The notes under the pieces: generated by a model
The model's database searches: none
Told to the model about the DNA's origin: nothing
The model's input: only the letters and a program-made list of their open reading frames with translations
Position numbers and translations under genes: made by a program
Assembly (NCBI GenBank): GCA_965601925.1
Contig: OZ271854.1
Span: 4,256,001 to 4,320,000, forward strand
DNA: 64,000 nt
Source: Alkalispirochaeta sp.
Lineage (GTDB): Bacteria; Spirochaetota; Spirochaetia; DSM-27196; Alkalispirochaetaceae
Direction of reading: 5' to 3'
Part shown: positions 9,187-19,228 of the stretch, piece by piece
Position numbering within the stretch: the stretch's first letter is position 1
How the letters are laid out: each line of letters begins with the position of its first letter

Positions 9187-9499
9187 CCGGCCCTGTGGGA
9201 TTTCCGCCCTCCGTCCTCGCGCTCGTTCCGCAGTGCCACGGTCTCACCGGCAATAGCTGCCCCCCTCCCCCCACAATCCACCAAGCGCCGTCGAGCGCGA
9301 GAGATACTGCTGCCGGGCGGCGGCCGCGGGACGACGCGATTTCAGACGTCCCCGTCTGCTGAGCGCCGGCACGTGGTCGCCGCCCCGCACTCCGGGTACA
9401 CGCACGCGCCGTCGAGAATGCGCGCCCCGAGCTTTTGCTTGACAACCGCTTTGAGCCAAACGAGAATGGGTGCTTATATATCACAGAGAAGGAGTGTTC

Positions 9500-11575
9500 A
9501 TGGCTTTCAGCACGGAACAAATTCGAAACATCGCGGTCGCGGGACACGGCGCAACCGGAAAGACCTCCTTCGTCGAACAGCTCTTGGTTGCCGGTAAGGC
9601 AATCTCGGCGCCGGCGACGATAGAATCGGGGAAAACGGTGAGCGACTACACCCCGGAGGAGATCGAGAATGGAATCTCGATCCACACGTCGCTCTCCAAC
9701 GCCGCGTGGGCCGACCATAAGATAAATATCCTTGACACACCGGGTTCGGCGGACTTCGTTGGTGAAGTCGTAACCGCCTTTCGAGCGGCGGAATCGGCGG
9801 TCATGATGGTCGGCGCGCGTGCAGGCGTACAGATCGAGACCATCAAGTTGTGGCGACGCCTCAACAACCGCAATATGCCGCGCATGGTATTCATTAACAA
9901 AATGGACGAGGAGCGCGCCGACTACGATCGGGTTTTGGAGGACCTCCGTGAAAAGTTCGACATCACACTCGTGCCGATCACCGTCCCCATCGGAACGGCG
10001 TCGGATTTCTCCGGCGTAGTCGATCTCATCGGTAATACCGCGTGGATCGCCTCCGGCGACGGCGCCGAGAAACGCGGCGATATTCCGGCGGAAATGGCCG
10101 ATGTGGTGGAGCAGTATCGCGCCCAGCTCGTGGAAGCCGCCGCCGAAGGCGACGACGAGCTCACGATGAAGTACCTCGAGGAGGAGGTGCTCACCGAGGA
10201 GGAGATCCACCGAGGCATAACGGAAGGGCTACGGGACAACAAGATCGTGCCGGTCTTCTGCGGCGCGGCGCTCGGCGGAGTCGGGCTGAACGTCTTCCTC
10301 GACTTTTTGACATGGGCGGCACCATCTCCGGCGGGCGTGCGGGAGATCGTCGTTGCGAAGGACGGAACGGAGTCGGAGCATATCATCAACGCCGACGGCC
10401 CGTTTGCGGCCTTGAGCTTCAAGACGACCCTGGACCAGTTCAGTGGTAAGCTTTCGTTCGTCAAGATCATGAACGGTATCCTGAAGCCCGACACGGAGTT
10501 CGCACTCGATAGGGACGGCAAGAAGATCAAAGGCGGCAAGATCTATACCGCCTTGGGGAAAAAGCTCACCGAAGTTAACGAACTGGACGCCGGAGATCTC
10601 GGTGTCGTCGCGAAAATCGCCGACGCGCACACCAACGATACGCTCCACGCGCCCGATACCTACATGCACTTTCGCCCCTTGGCGCTCCCGCAGCCGGTGT
10701 ACAGTCTTGCGGTCTCCGCGGGTAGCAAAAAGGACGAGGACAAGCTCAACGAGCAATTGACGCGTATCCCGGAGGAGGACAAGACGTTTACGGTCACGTT
10801 CAACCCCGAGACCCACGAGACGGTCATCGCCGGCATGGGTGAGCTACACATCAACACGATCCTCAACAAGATCAAGGCCAACCAGAAGATCGAAATCGCA
10901 ACGCGTCCTCCCAAGGTCGCCTACCGCGAGACGATCACCAAGTCGGCGGAAACGAGCTATCGCCACAAGAAGCAGACCGGCGGCCACGGTCAATTCGCGG
11001 AGGTACACATTCGCGTGCGCGCCCTGGAGCGCGGCGACAAATACGCCTTTGCAAATGAGATAAAGGGTGGCGCGGTCTCAAGGGGCTATATCCCGGGGAT
11101 CGAAAAGGGCCTCCACGAGGCGATGGAGCACGGCGTTTTGGCGGGTTATCCGGTGCGCGACGTCGGGGTCGTGCTTTTCGACGGCAAGGAGCATACCGTC
11201 GATTCATCGGAGATGGCGTTCAAGATCGCCGCCCGCGGCGCTCTCCAGCAGGCGATGGAACAGTGCGGGCCGGTGCTGTTGGAACCGGTCATGAAACTGT
11301 CCGTTTTCGTAGAAGAGCAGTATCTGGGTGACGTGCTCTCCGATCTCAGCTCGAAGCGCGGACGCGTTCTCGGGCAAGATCAGCTCGGCGGCGGCATCAT
11401 TGAGATCGATGCGCTCGTCCCGCAGGCCGAACTCTTACGCTACGCGATCGACCTCAAGTCGATGACCGCCGGCACCGGAAGCTTCGAGATGGTATTCGAC
11501 CATTACGACCCGGTACAGGGGAAGATCGCCGAAGACATTATTCACAACTCGGAGTACGTCAAGCAGGAAGCGTAG
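9500..11575 (+). CDS. Elongation factor G-like protein (EF-G II / divergent EF-G)
   Basis: GHGATGKT, NGISI instead of RGITI, DTPGSADF, NKMD, KKQTGGHGQFA, DSSEMAF; GAAGGAG RBS before ATG 9500. Confidence 0.92.
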   Translation: MAFSTEQIRNIAVAGHGATGKTSFVEQLLVAGKAISAPATIESGKTVSDYTPEEIENGISIHTSLSNAAWADHKINILDTPGSADFVGEVVTAFRAAESAVMMVGARAGVQIETIKLWRRLNNRNMPRMVFINKMDEERADYDRVLEDLREKFDITLVPITVPIGTASDFSGVVDLIGNTAWIASGDGAEKRGDIPAEMADVVEQYRAQLVEAAAEGDDELTMKYLEEEVLTEEEIHRGITEGLRDNKIVPVFCGAALGGVGLNVFLDFLTWAAPSPAGVREIVVAKDGTESEHIINADGPFAALSFKTTLDQFSGKLSFVKIMNGILKPDTEFALDRDGKKIKGGKIYTALGKKLTEVNELDAGDLGVVAKIADAHTNDTLHAPDTYMHFRPLALPQPVYSLAVSAGSKKDEDKLNEQLTRIPEEDKTFTVTFNPETHETVIAGMGELHINTILNKIKANQKIEIATRPPKVAYRETITKSAETSYRHKKQTGGHGQFAEVHIRVRALERGDKYAFANEIKGGAVSRGYIPGIEKGLHEAMEHGVLAGYPVRDVGVVLFDGKEHTVDSSEMAFKIAARGALQQAMEQCGPVLLEPVMKLSVFVEEQYLGDVLSDLSSKRGRVLGQDQLGGGIIEIDALVPQAELLRYAIDLKSMTAGTGSFEMVFDHYDPVQGKIAEDIIHNSEYVKQEA

Positions 11576-11601
11576 GCGCTCGGTGTAATGGACGCTTGCG
11601 G

Positions 11602-11630
11602 AAGGACGGCTCAATGAGCCGTCCTTTTTT
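11602..11630 (+). terminator. Rho-independent terminator after EF-G-like gene
   Basis: AAGGACGGCTCA-A-TGAGCCGTCCTT followed by T tract; between convergent genes. Confidence 0.85.
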
Positions 11631-11643
11631 ATGCCACGACGCA

Positions 11644-12990
11644 CTAACGTTGAAGCAACGGCGTGTAAGGTTTGCGTCCCAGAATATTCTTATACGCCGG
11701 GCGAATAATCCGCCCGCCGCTGATGAGCTCCTCTATCCGGTGTGCCGACCATCCGGCGATCCGGGCGACGGCAAAGATAGGGGTATACAACTCCTCGGGT
11801 ATCCCCAGCATGGAATAGACGAAACCGGAGAAGAAGTCGACGTTCGGCGCGATGATTTGATCGGTTCGCTTCTGCTCACGAAACACTTCGGGGGCCAAAC
11901 GCGCGACCCGCCGGTACAAGTCGAACTCCGCCTCCGAGGCACTTTCACGGGCCAGTTCAAACGCTTTCTGCTCCAAGAGTACGGCGCGGGGGTCGGAGAG
12001 TGTGTATACGGCGTGCCCGACCCCATAGATAAGGCCCGAGCCGTCGCCGGCCTCGCGGCGGAGGATCCGCTGTAGAAAGGCGGCCACCTCGCCGTCGTCC
12101 GTCCAGTCGCTCACTCCCTCCTGCACAGACTTCATCATAGAGCGCACCCTGGCGGCGGCTCCGCCGTGTTTCGCTCCCTTGAGCGAGCCGACACCCGCCG
12201 CGACGGCGCTGAAGGTATCGGTCGCCGCCGAGGAGACGACGTGTATGGTGAAGGCGCTATTGTTTCCTCCCCCGTGCTCGGCATGGAGGACCAACGCCAG
12301 ATCGAGGGTCTCGGCCTCAAGAGGCGTATACTCCTGCGTAGGACGAATCAGGGACAACAGATTCTCCGCTGTGGACCGTTCCGTACCGGGGCTGTGAATG
12401 TGTAGACTATCGCCGTGGTGGTAGTGGCGCTTTGCCTGGTAGCCGTAGGCGACCATCGTGGGGAAGCGCGCAATGAGCTCCACGGAGTGCCGGAGCACAT
12501 TGGCGATATCGAGTGACTCCGGATCGGAATCGTAGGAGTAGGCGGCCAGCACCGAGCGCGCGAGATTGTTCATGATATCGCTACTGGGTGCACTGAGAAT
12601 CATGTCTTCGGTGAATCCATCGGGAAGCCTCCTGAGCTCTCCCAAAACTCCTCGGAACTCGTCGAGCTCGGGCTCCGACGGCAGCGACCCGAACAAGAGT
12701 AGATACGCGACCTCCTCGTAACCGAAGCGTCCGTCGGCCTGAAAACCACGTACGATCTCGTCAATCCCGACTCCGCGATACGAGAGGCGTCCGGTATCGG
12801 GAACTCGCTCTTGGTCGTCGATGTAGTATCCGTGCACCTCGCCGATCTCGGTTAGGCCGATCAATACGCCGGTTCCGTCGTCGTTTCTAAGGCCCCGTTT
12901 CGTATTGAACCGTCGGTGCAGATCGGGATCGATACGATTACGATGTGCGGCAAGCTCGGCGTGACGTGAGAAGAAGTCGTTGTTATTCAT
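11644..12990 (-). CDS. gltA: Citrate (or 2-methylcitrate) synthase
   Basis: G.LSYRG, HAEHGGGNNS, HGGA, GVGHAVY...DPR, PNVDF, R.AGWSAH, IIRP. Confidence 0.92.
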   Translation of the reverse strand: MNNNDFFSRHAELAAHRNRIDPDLHRRFNTKRGLRNDDGTGVLIGLTEIGEVHGYYIDDQERVPDTGRLSYRGVGIDEIVRGFQADGRFGYEEVAYLLLFGSLPSEPELDEFRGVLGELRRLPDGFTEDMILSAPSSDIMNNLARSVLAAYSYDSDPESLDIANVLRHSVELIARFPTMVAYGYQAKRHYHHGDSLHIHSPGTERSTAENLLSLIRPTQEYTPLEAETLDLALVLHAEHGGGNNSAFTIHVVSSAATDTFSAVAAGVGSLKGAKHGGAAARVRSMMKSVQEGVSDWTDDGEVAAFLQRILRREAGDGSGLIYGVGHAVYTLSDPRAVLLEQKAFELARESASEAEFDLYRRVARLAPEVFREQKRTDQIIAPNVDFFSGFVYSMLGIPEELYTPIFAVARIAGWSAHRIEELISGGRIIRPAYKNILGRKPYTPLLQR

Positions 12991-13038
12991 AAATATGCAA
13001 TGATTATAGCAAGACTATACAGAAAAGGCCAGTCGGCA

Positions 13039-13788
13039 TTATGTGTGTATCGTCGCATGGCGCTCGAACAGCACTTCGAAGATCCGATGGCCCTGCTCCA
13101 GCCCCTTGCGCTCGAATGCGGTCCGCGGGCGCCAGGGTTGGGGCTCGGCGAACCCTTCGTAGCGGTTGACCAACAACCGAGAGCGCGTCAGTACGTCGAG
13201 CATCTGGTGCGCGTACTCCTCCCAGTCGGTCACGGCGTACAGATATCCTCCATCCTTGAGCAACGGCGCAACGAGCTCGGGAAATCCGTCTTTTACGAGT
13301 CGTCGCTTGTTATGCCGTTTCTTGGGCCACGGGTCGGGGAAAAAAAGGTGTATTCCGTCTAAACTCTGCTCCGGTATCAAGCGATCGCATACGAACACGG
13401 CGTCGTAACGGATGACGCGTACGTTCTGCAAACCCAGACGCTCGATATGGCTCAAGAGTTTGCCCACGCCGGGCTTGTGGACTTCGACACCCAGAAAGTC
13501 GGTATCGCGGCGTTCCGCGGCGAGCTCCGCCAGTTCACCCCCCATGCCGAATCCGATATCCATGACGAGGGGACGCGAACGTCCATCCGGCGAGCCGCGA
13601 TGGGGAAAGAGGACGCTCCAGCTCAGCCGATCGGTCGAAGCGTCGGAGACGGGGATACGAAAAACGGGAGAGAGACGCTCGTACGCCGCCTTCTGGTGGG
13701 GGCTCATCCGCGTCGTACGTACGACAAAACTCCTATTCCGCCGAAACCGCTCAATACGTTTCTCGCGCATATCTTCGTTCATCGTCAC
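13039..13788 (-). CDS. trmB: tRNA (guanine-N7)-methyltransferase
   Basis: DIGFGMG, FLGVEVH, FFPDPWPKKRHNKRRL, TDWEEYA, T.FERKG. Confidence 0.95.
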   Translation of the reverse strand: MTMNEDMREKRIERFRRNRSFVVRTTRMSPHQKAAYERLSPVFRIPVSDASTDRLSWSVLFPHRGSPDGRSRPLVMDIGFGMGGELAELAAERRDTDFLGVEVHKPGVGKLLSHIERLGLQNVRVIRYDAVFVCDRLIPEQSLDGIHLFFPDPWPKKRHNKRRLVKDGFPELVAPLLKDGGYLYAVTDWEEYAHQMLDVLTRSRLLVNRYEGFAEPQPWRPRTAFERKGLEQGHRIFEVLFERHATIHT

Positions 13789-13809
13789 CCTTCCCTCTCT
13801 TTGCTCCGC

Positions 13810-16800
13810 CTACAGTAGTTGCGTCAACCGACCGCGAATGAACTCGGACTTCTCCTTAAGACCGACGCGTCCGGTCTCCATGACGAGTACATTGGGATGG
13901 TGCGGGTCGAGACGCACCGTATCGCCGGAGTTTCGAATCAGCGCCAAGACGCGATCGACGGAGATGGAGGCGACCCGGGCAAACTCGACGCGCAGCTCGC
14001 CGCGCCGCTCCCGCATCGAGGCGATATGGAGGCGCTTGGCGAGAACGCGAATCTCCGAGAGGGCCAGGAGGCTCATGACCTCGTCGGGCATCGCTCCGAA
14101 TCGATCCTCGATCTCGCCGATCAACGCCTCGAGTTGCGCTTCGGTCGAGACGGCGGCGATTTTCTTATACACCTCCATCTTCTCCATGGGCTCCTCGATG
14201 TAGTTGTCCGGGATGAATCCGGTGTACTCCAACTCGAGATAGACTTCCTCTTCCCGCTCCGCCGCATCGTCGGTGCGGTTTCGCAACGCGTCGTCCAGGA
14301 GCTTGAGATAGAGATCGAATCCGATTGCGCCGATATCGCCGCTCTGTTGGCTGCCCAACAGATTTCCCGCACCCCGAACTTCAAGATCCTTGAGGGCGAT
14401 CTTGAAACCGCTCCCCAATTCGGTGAAGTCGCTGATCGTCTGAAGGCGCTTCATCGCCAGCTCGGACAGTGCGCGCTGTTCGGGATAGAAGAGGTATGCG
14501 TATGCAAGCCTGTCGCTGCGTCCGACGCGTCCGCGTAGCTGATACAACTGCGATATACCGTACATATCGGCGCGGTCGATGACGATCGTGTTCACATTGG
14601 GTATATCGATACCGTTCTCGATGATCGTCGTCGCTACCAATACTTGAAATCCGCCGTGGATGAACCGATGCATGATGTCTTCGAGCTCAACGGCACCCAT
14701 CTGCCCGTGCGCGTATTCCACCATGACTTCCGGTACCAGACTCTGCACGAACCGCGTCACATTCTCCAGCGTCTCGACTCGATTGTGGAGAAAGAAAACC
14801 TGTCCGTCCCGTTCCACCTCGCGGCGAATCGCCCGGGCAACCTCTTCTTCGTTGAACTCGGTGATGATCGTTTGGATCGGGTGTCGATTGTGCGGGGGCG
14901 TGGTCAAGAGCGACATATCGCGGATCTTCAGGAGCGACATGTGTAAGGTCCGCGGAATCGGCGTCGCGGTCAGCGTGAGCGTGTCGACGTTGGTCTTGAG
15001 CTCTTTCAGCTGTTCTTTCGCCTTCACGCCGAATCGTTGTTCCTCATCGACCACCAACAGTCCGAGGTCGCGAAAGTGTATGTCCTTCTGCAACAGCCGA
15101 TGCGTCCCGATTACCGCGTCGATCTCGCCGGCCGCCAACGCCGCGACGACGGTTCGTTGCTCCTGCTTACTCACAAATCGCGAGAGCATTGCGACCCGCA
15201 CCGGGAAGCGGTCGAATCGCTCGATGATGTTCTCGTAGTGCTGCTCGACGAGGATCGTAGTAGGAGCAAGAAACGCGACTTGCTTACCGCTGGTCACCGC
15301 CTTGAAAATCGCCCGGAGGGCAAGTTCGGTCTTTCCGTACCCCACGTCGCCGCATACGAGGCGATCCATCGGACGGCGACGCTCCATATCCTGCTTGATC
15401 TCGGCAATGCACCGTAGTTGGTCCTCGGTCTCTTCATACGGGAAGGCCGACTCGAACTCCAATTGCCACTCAGTATCGGGAGGAAAGGCGAATCCTTGGA
15501 CCTGCTTGCGCCGGCTGTACAAGTGCACGAGGCGGTCTGCAAGATCCTCGACGTTGTTGCGCACCGAGCTCTTGCGCTTCTCCCAACTCTTGCCGCCGAT
15601 GCGGTCAAGCCTCGGAGCGGAGCCACCGGAACCGATATAGCGTTGAATAAGGTTGACCTGCTCGATGGGCGTAAAGACCATCTCACCTTCGGCATATTCG
15701 AGTTGAATGTAGTCGCGCTCGTTACCCGCGGCATTCATACGGCGTATACCGCGAAAGAGCCCGATGCCGTAGTTCACATGTACGACGTGATCGCCTTCGT
15801 CGAGCTCGACAAAGGTATCGATGGGAGCGCTCTCGACCGTCTTCAGACTCGCCGGGGCGCGCTTACGCCGACCGAAGATCTCGTTCTCCTGGATGACGAC
15901 CAATCGTTGATCGGGTAGCGCGAAACCGCCGGAGATGTGACCCGACGTCACGATCGCGTCGAAGTCCTGAAGGAGAAAGTCGATCCGCTTCTGTTGCGCC
16001 TCGGTATCGGCGAGTATAACGACCCGATTTCCCGAAGCGATGAGACTGGATAACTCCTCCTTGAGATACGTAACATTCCCGAAGAATGAACGCGGCGCGT
16101 CGCAGCTGAAGCGAATCGCACTGGCGTCTCCGGCATCAGCCAGCGACTCGAAGAAGACCGAGCGCTCTCGACTACGCTCCATGAGCGACTCTGCGTCGGC
16201 AAGAACGCGGTCGGGGCGCGGCAGAGGACGTCGAAAATGCTCTTGAGCAAACACCGATTCGTGCTCGCGGAGATAGCTTTCGGCGCCCGACGTGATGCGT
16301 TGGCGATCGATCCACACGAGCCGGACCGACTCGTGGAGATAGTCGAGCACCGTCTCTCCACCGGAGAGCGCCGCCGCGGACCAATGGGGACCGAGGGCGG
16401 CGGCGCGTCGTCCCTCTACTCCCTCGCCCGTGAGCTCTTGGACGAAAGCATCGAGTTTGTGTTTGAGCTCGGGCATATCGCGCGCCGTAGTAAGAAGTCG
16501 CTCTTCGGCGTCGTCATCCCAGACAACCTCGCGCATGGGATGAAGTTCGACCGTATTGCGTTTCCGCTTGGAGGATTGCGTCGCCGGATCGAACAAACGT
16601 ATCTCCGCAACCTCGTCAAAGTCGAACACGATGCGCACCGCCTCATCCCAGCCCGGGAGAAAGACGTCAAGCACCTCCCCACGGAGTGCAAACTCTCCGT
16701 GAACGCTCACGCGCGGGACCCTCCAATAACCCATGTCGGTGAGTCTTCGCGACAGATCGGTAGGGTCGAAGGAGCGTCCTTTCTCGACCCGCACGGTGTG

Positions 16801-17235
16801 ACGCATACTGTGGTTCGGCGGAGGCAGCTTGAGCGACACGGCGCGCAGCGGCGCGATTGTGATCGCCGCACGGCCGTAGAAGAGGTCGACGAGGGCTCGC
16901 ATTCGTTGGCCCCACACCGCCGCATTGGACGAGGGAGCACCATACGCCCCGGTGCCCCACGACGGCAGCGTCGACGAATCAACGCCGAAGAGCGCAAGAT
17001 CGCTCCGCAATGCGGCGGCTTCGCTCTCGTTGGGAACAACGACGAAGAGGGGTCGCTGCGAATCGGCGTGCATCTTGGCCAGCAGAAAGGCGACAAAACT
17101 CGACTTCGGACCGCGCACCGAACGGGGCAATCCCCCGAATCGCAGCGCATCGCACAGCTCTTTGAGTCCGGCGTGCTTGCCCAAACGCGAGATCAACTGA
17201 TGATATAGTAATGTCGTGTCGTTATTCGCCGACAT
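13810..17235 (-). CDS. mfd: Transcription-repair coupling factor
   Basis: UvrB-like N-terminus, CarD/RID domain, GDVGYGKTE, DEEQRFG, TATPIPRT, QLRGRVGR, TRCF domain. Confidence 0.97.
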   Translation of the reverse strand: MSANNDTTLLYHQLISRLGKHAGLKELCDALRFGGLPRSVRGPKSSFVAFLLAKMHADSQRPLFVVVPNESEAAALRSDLALFGVDSSTLPSWGTGAYGAPSSNAAVWGQRMRALVDLFYGRAAITIAPLRAVSLKLPPPNHSMRHTVRVEKGRSFDPTDLSRRLTDMGYWRVPRVSVHGEFALRGEVLDVFLPGWDEAVRIVFDFDEVAEIRLFDPATQSSKRKRNTVELHPMREVVWDDDAEERLLTTARDMPELKHKLDAFVQELTGEGVEGRRAAALGPHWSAAALSGGETVLDYLHESVRLVWIDRQRITSGAESYLREHESVFAQEHFRRPLPRPDRVLADAESLMERSRERSVFFESLADAGDASAIRFSCDAPRSFFGNVTYLKEELSSLIASGNRVVILADTEAQQKRIDFLLQDFDAIVTSGHISGGFALPDQRLVVIQENEIFGRRKRAPASLKTVESAPIDTFVELDEGDHVVHVNYGIGLFRGIRRMNAAGNERDYIQLEYAEGEMVFTPIEQVNLIQRYIGSGGSAPRLDRIGGKSWEKRKSSVRNNVEDLADRLVHLYSRRKQVQGFAFPPDTEWQLEFESAFPYEETEDQLRCIAEIKQDMERRRPMDRLVCGDVGYGKTELALRAIFKAVTSGKQVAFLAPTTILVEQHYENIIERFDRFPVRVAMLSRFVSKQEQRTVVAALAAGEIDAVIGTHRLLQKDIHFRDLGLLVVDEEQRFGVKAKEQLKELKTNVDTLTLTATPIPRTLHMSLLKIRDMSLLTTPPHNRHPIQTIITEFNEEEVARAIRREVERDGQVFFLHNRVETLENVTRFVQSLVPEVMVEYAHGQMGAVELEDIMHRFIHGGFQVLVATTIIENGIDIPNVNTIVIDRADMYGISQLYQLRGRVGRSDRLAYAYLFYPEQRALSELAMKRLQTISDFTELGSGFKIALKDLEVRGAGNLLGSQQSGDIGAIGFDLYLKLLDDALRNRTDDAAEREEEVYLELEYTGFIPDNYIEEPMEKMEVYKKIAAVSTEAQLEALIGEIEDRFGAMPDEVMSLLALSEIRVLAKRLHIASMRERRGELRVEFARVASISVDRVLALIRNSGDTVRLDPHHPNVLVMETGRVGLKEKSEFIRGRLTQLL

Positions 17236-17253
17236 AGTAGTAGGAGCTCTATC

Positions 17254-18216
17254 GTGTTATCGATGAAATCAGCAACGCTGTTGACGATTGTAATGGTCGC
17301 GCTCGGCGCGCCGCTTGTCGCCAACGAAATGACCGTTTCGATCCGCCTTCACAATGAGCAGATATACTTCTCCAATAGCCCTATAGATATTCTCGTCACG
17401 ATCCGAAATGAGACCCCCGACCCGGTGCGATTTCGCATGGCCGACAATCGACTCTACAGCGTCGACTTTGCCGTTCGGACGGCCGACAACCAACCGGTCG
17501 AAAGCTCGCGGGACTTTATCATAGGAAGGGCGGCAAATCAAGTTTTCTACCGCACCGTCACGCTCCAGCCGGGAGAGCACCTGAGCTTCGTGGAGCCCTT
17601 AACCGACTACGTCGCAGCCATAGAACCGGGCCTCTACACCGTGCAGGCGCGATTTTACCCGGAACTCGCCTCCATGTCGGGAACGGACGCGGTATCGTCG
17701 AACGTAATCAACCTAACGATTCGACCCGGACAGACCGAGGAGATTCGTCGCGAGATGCGCTTTGAGGCGATCGTAGAGCGCGAACTGCAACGCGAGCGAT
17801 TCAGCCCGGACGAAGTCGTTGCATACGTGTTGGAAGCACAACGCCAAGGCAACTGGGAACGATTTTTCCTCTACCTGAACCTCGAGAAACTGTATCGTCA
17901 GGCGCCGGAACGCGACCGACGCTTCGTCCGGCTGAGCGAACAAGAGCAGTTGGAAGAACTGTTGCGATATCGCGCCGATCTTGAAGGGAGAGCCGTCGAG
18001 CAGGATGTCAATCTCGTGGTCATTCCCGACGAGTACGAGATCATCGAAACGCGTTATTCTCCGAACGAGGGCGAGGTCGTTGCCGAGCTACTTTTCAATT
18101 TCCGTACCTATCGTGAACGGCGACGCTACACCTATCGACTGGAGCGTCGTAACGGCTTTTGGGAGATCATCGGCTACGACGTTATCAACCTGCCCAACGA
18201 GGCGTTTGCGCAATGA
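17254..18216 (+). CDS. Conserved hypothetical exported protein
   Basis: N-terminal signal peptide, 320-aa ORF, ATGA-coupled to next gene; start could be 17263. Confidence 0.75.
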   Translation: MLSMKSATLLTIVMVALGAPLVANEMTVSIRLHNEQIYFSNSPIDILVTIRNETPDPVRFRMADNRLYSVDFAVRTADNQPVESSRDFIIGRAANQVFYRTVTLQPGEHLSFVEPLTDYVAAIEPGLYTVQARFYPELASMSGTDAVSSNVINLTIRPGQTEEIRREMRFEAIVERELQRERFSPDEVVAYVLEAQRQGNWERFFLYLNLEKLYRQAPERDRRFVRLSEQEQLEELLRYRADLEGRAVEQDVNLVVIPDEYEIIETRYSPNEGEVVAELLFNFRTYRERRRYTYRLERRNGFWEIIGYDVINLPNEAFAQ

Positions 18217-18965
18217 ACGTGATGCTCGTCGCGGCGTCGGATGAAATCAAACCGTTCGTCGAGCGCATCTTTACCTTTCATCACGTCGACGTGATCTACT
18301 ACAACAACCCCATCAAGGCGATGGATAATCTCGACGAGATCCAGCCGGACGTTATTATCTTCATGGCCGGCGATTTTCCGCGCCACTGGAAGCCGTTCAT
18401 TACCTATCTACGCAATACATTCAATCGCCACGAGACGATCTTCATCCTTCTGGTGAACGAGACATTCGATGCCGACGAGGCGAACAAAGCGGAATATCTG
18501 CAGGTCAACGCGATTCTCGACGACGACCTGGCGAATACCGAGACTGTCGAACGCATACGCGGTATCGTCACTCGGTATCATCAAAGTGTAGACATACGCA
18601 AAACGACTCGTCATCTCCCGGCAACGGCCGACCAGATACGGTGCATCTTCACCAGTCCCTACACCTTTACCATTTGTACCGGAACGGTGTTGGACATTTC
18701 CGCGGGCGGCATCAGGATCAAACCTGAGGATCCCTCGGTCAGTGAAACGCTCGATGCTCACGCGATCATTACTATGGCCTCTCTCCGCCTCGGCGAGTCG
18801 CTCCTTGCCGTACAACTGCGGGTCATCAGAATAGCCGAGGCGATAGCCTTTGAGTTCGTGAACCTTACCGTTGAAATAGAACGGACGATTGCAGACTATA
18901 TCGCCGCCCGTATGAACGAAACTCTTATGGCCGAGGCGGTATCGGACGACACGCGGAGTCCCTAA
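18213..18965 (+). CDS. Receiver-like domain + PilZ domain protein (probable c-di-GMP effector)
   Basis: N-terminal REC-like fold (QPDVIIF), RKTTR (RxxxR) and DISAGG (DxSxxG) PilZ motifs; ATG overlaps upstream TGA. Confidence 0.8.
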   Translation: MNVMLVAASDEIKPFVERIFTFHHVDVIYYNNPIKAMDNLDEIQPDVIIFMAGDFPRHWKPFITYLRNTFNRHETIFILLVNETFDADEANKAEYLQVNAILDDDLANTETVERIRGIVTRYHQSVDIRKTTRHLPATADQIRCIFTSPYTFTICTGTVLDISAGGIRIKPEDPSVSETLDAHAIITMASLRLGESLLAVQLRVIRIAEAIAFEFVNLTVEIERTIADYIAARMNETLMAEAVSDDTRSP

Positions 18966-19000
18966 CGGTCCGCTGCCCCACATCCGGGATTCGTGCCGGT

Positions 19001-19075
19001 CCTCCGTTTCGAGTCCAGCGCATAAAAAAAACCGATTCGCAATGCGAATCGGCAATACTCCCCCGGCTGGACTCG
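19001..19075 (-). repeat. Direct repeat copy of tRNA-Asn 3' end + terminator + trailer
   Basis: Nearly identical to 19171..19246 (one substitution, one indel). Confidence 0.9.
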
Positions 19076-19194
19076 CCCTCCCGTCGCACGCATCCTGCGC
19101 GCTCCGTCCTGGCCGCCTCCGGGGCTAAAATGACATCCTGTCATTTTGCGCTCCAGGTATTCGCGCCGCCCCTCCGTTTCGAATCCAGCCGCAT

Positions 19195-19223
19195 AAAAAA
19201 AACCGATTCGCAATGCGAATCGG
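19195..19223 (-). terminator. Rho-independent terminator of tRNA-Asn (duplicate at 19024..19052)
   Basis: CCGATTCGCA-T-TGCGAATCGG followed by T8 on minus strand. Confidence 0.85.
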
Positions 19224-19228
19224 CAATA

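Noticed and set aside
8853..9499. Known riboswitch or leader upstream of the EF-G-like gene
   Set aside because: No recognisable cobalamin, TPP, SAM or T-box consensus; structure is explained by dispersed repeats
8912..10210. 432-aa minus-strand ORF
   Set aside because: Antisense shadow of the EF-G-like gene running into the repeat-rich spacer; no protein-like motifs
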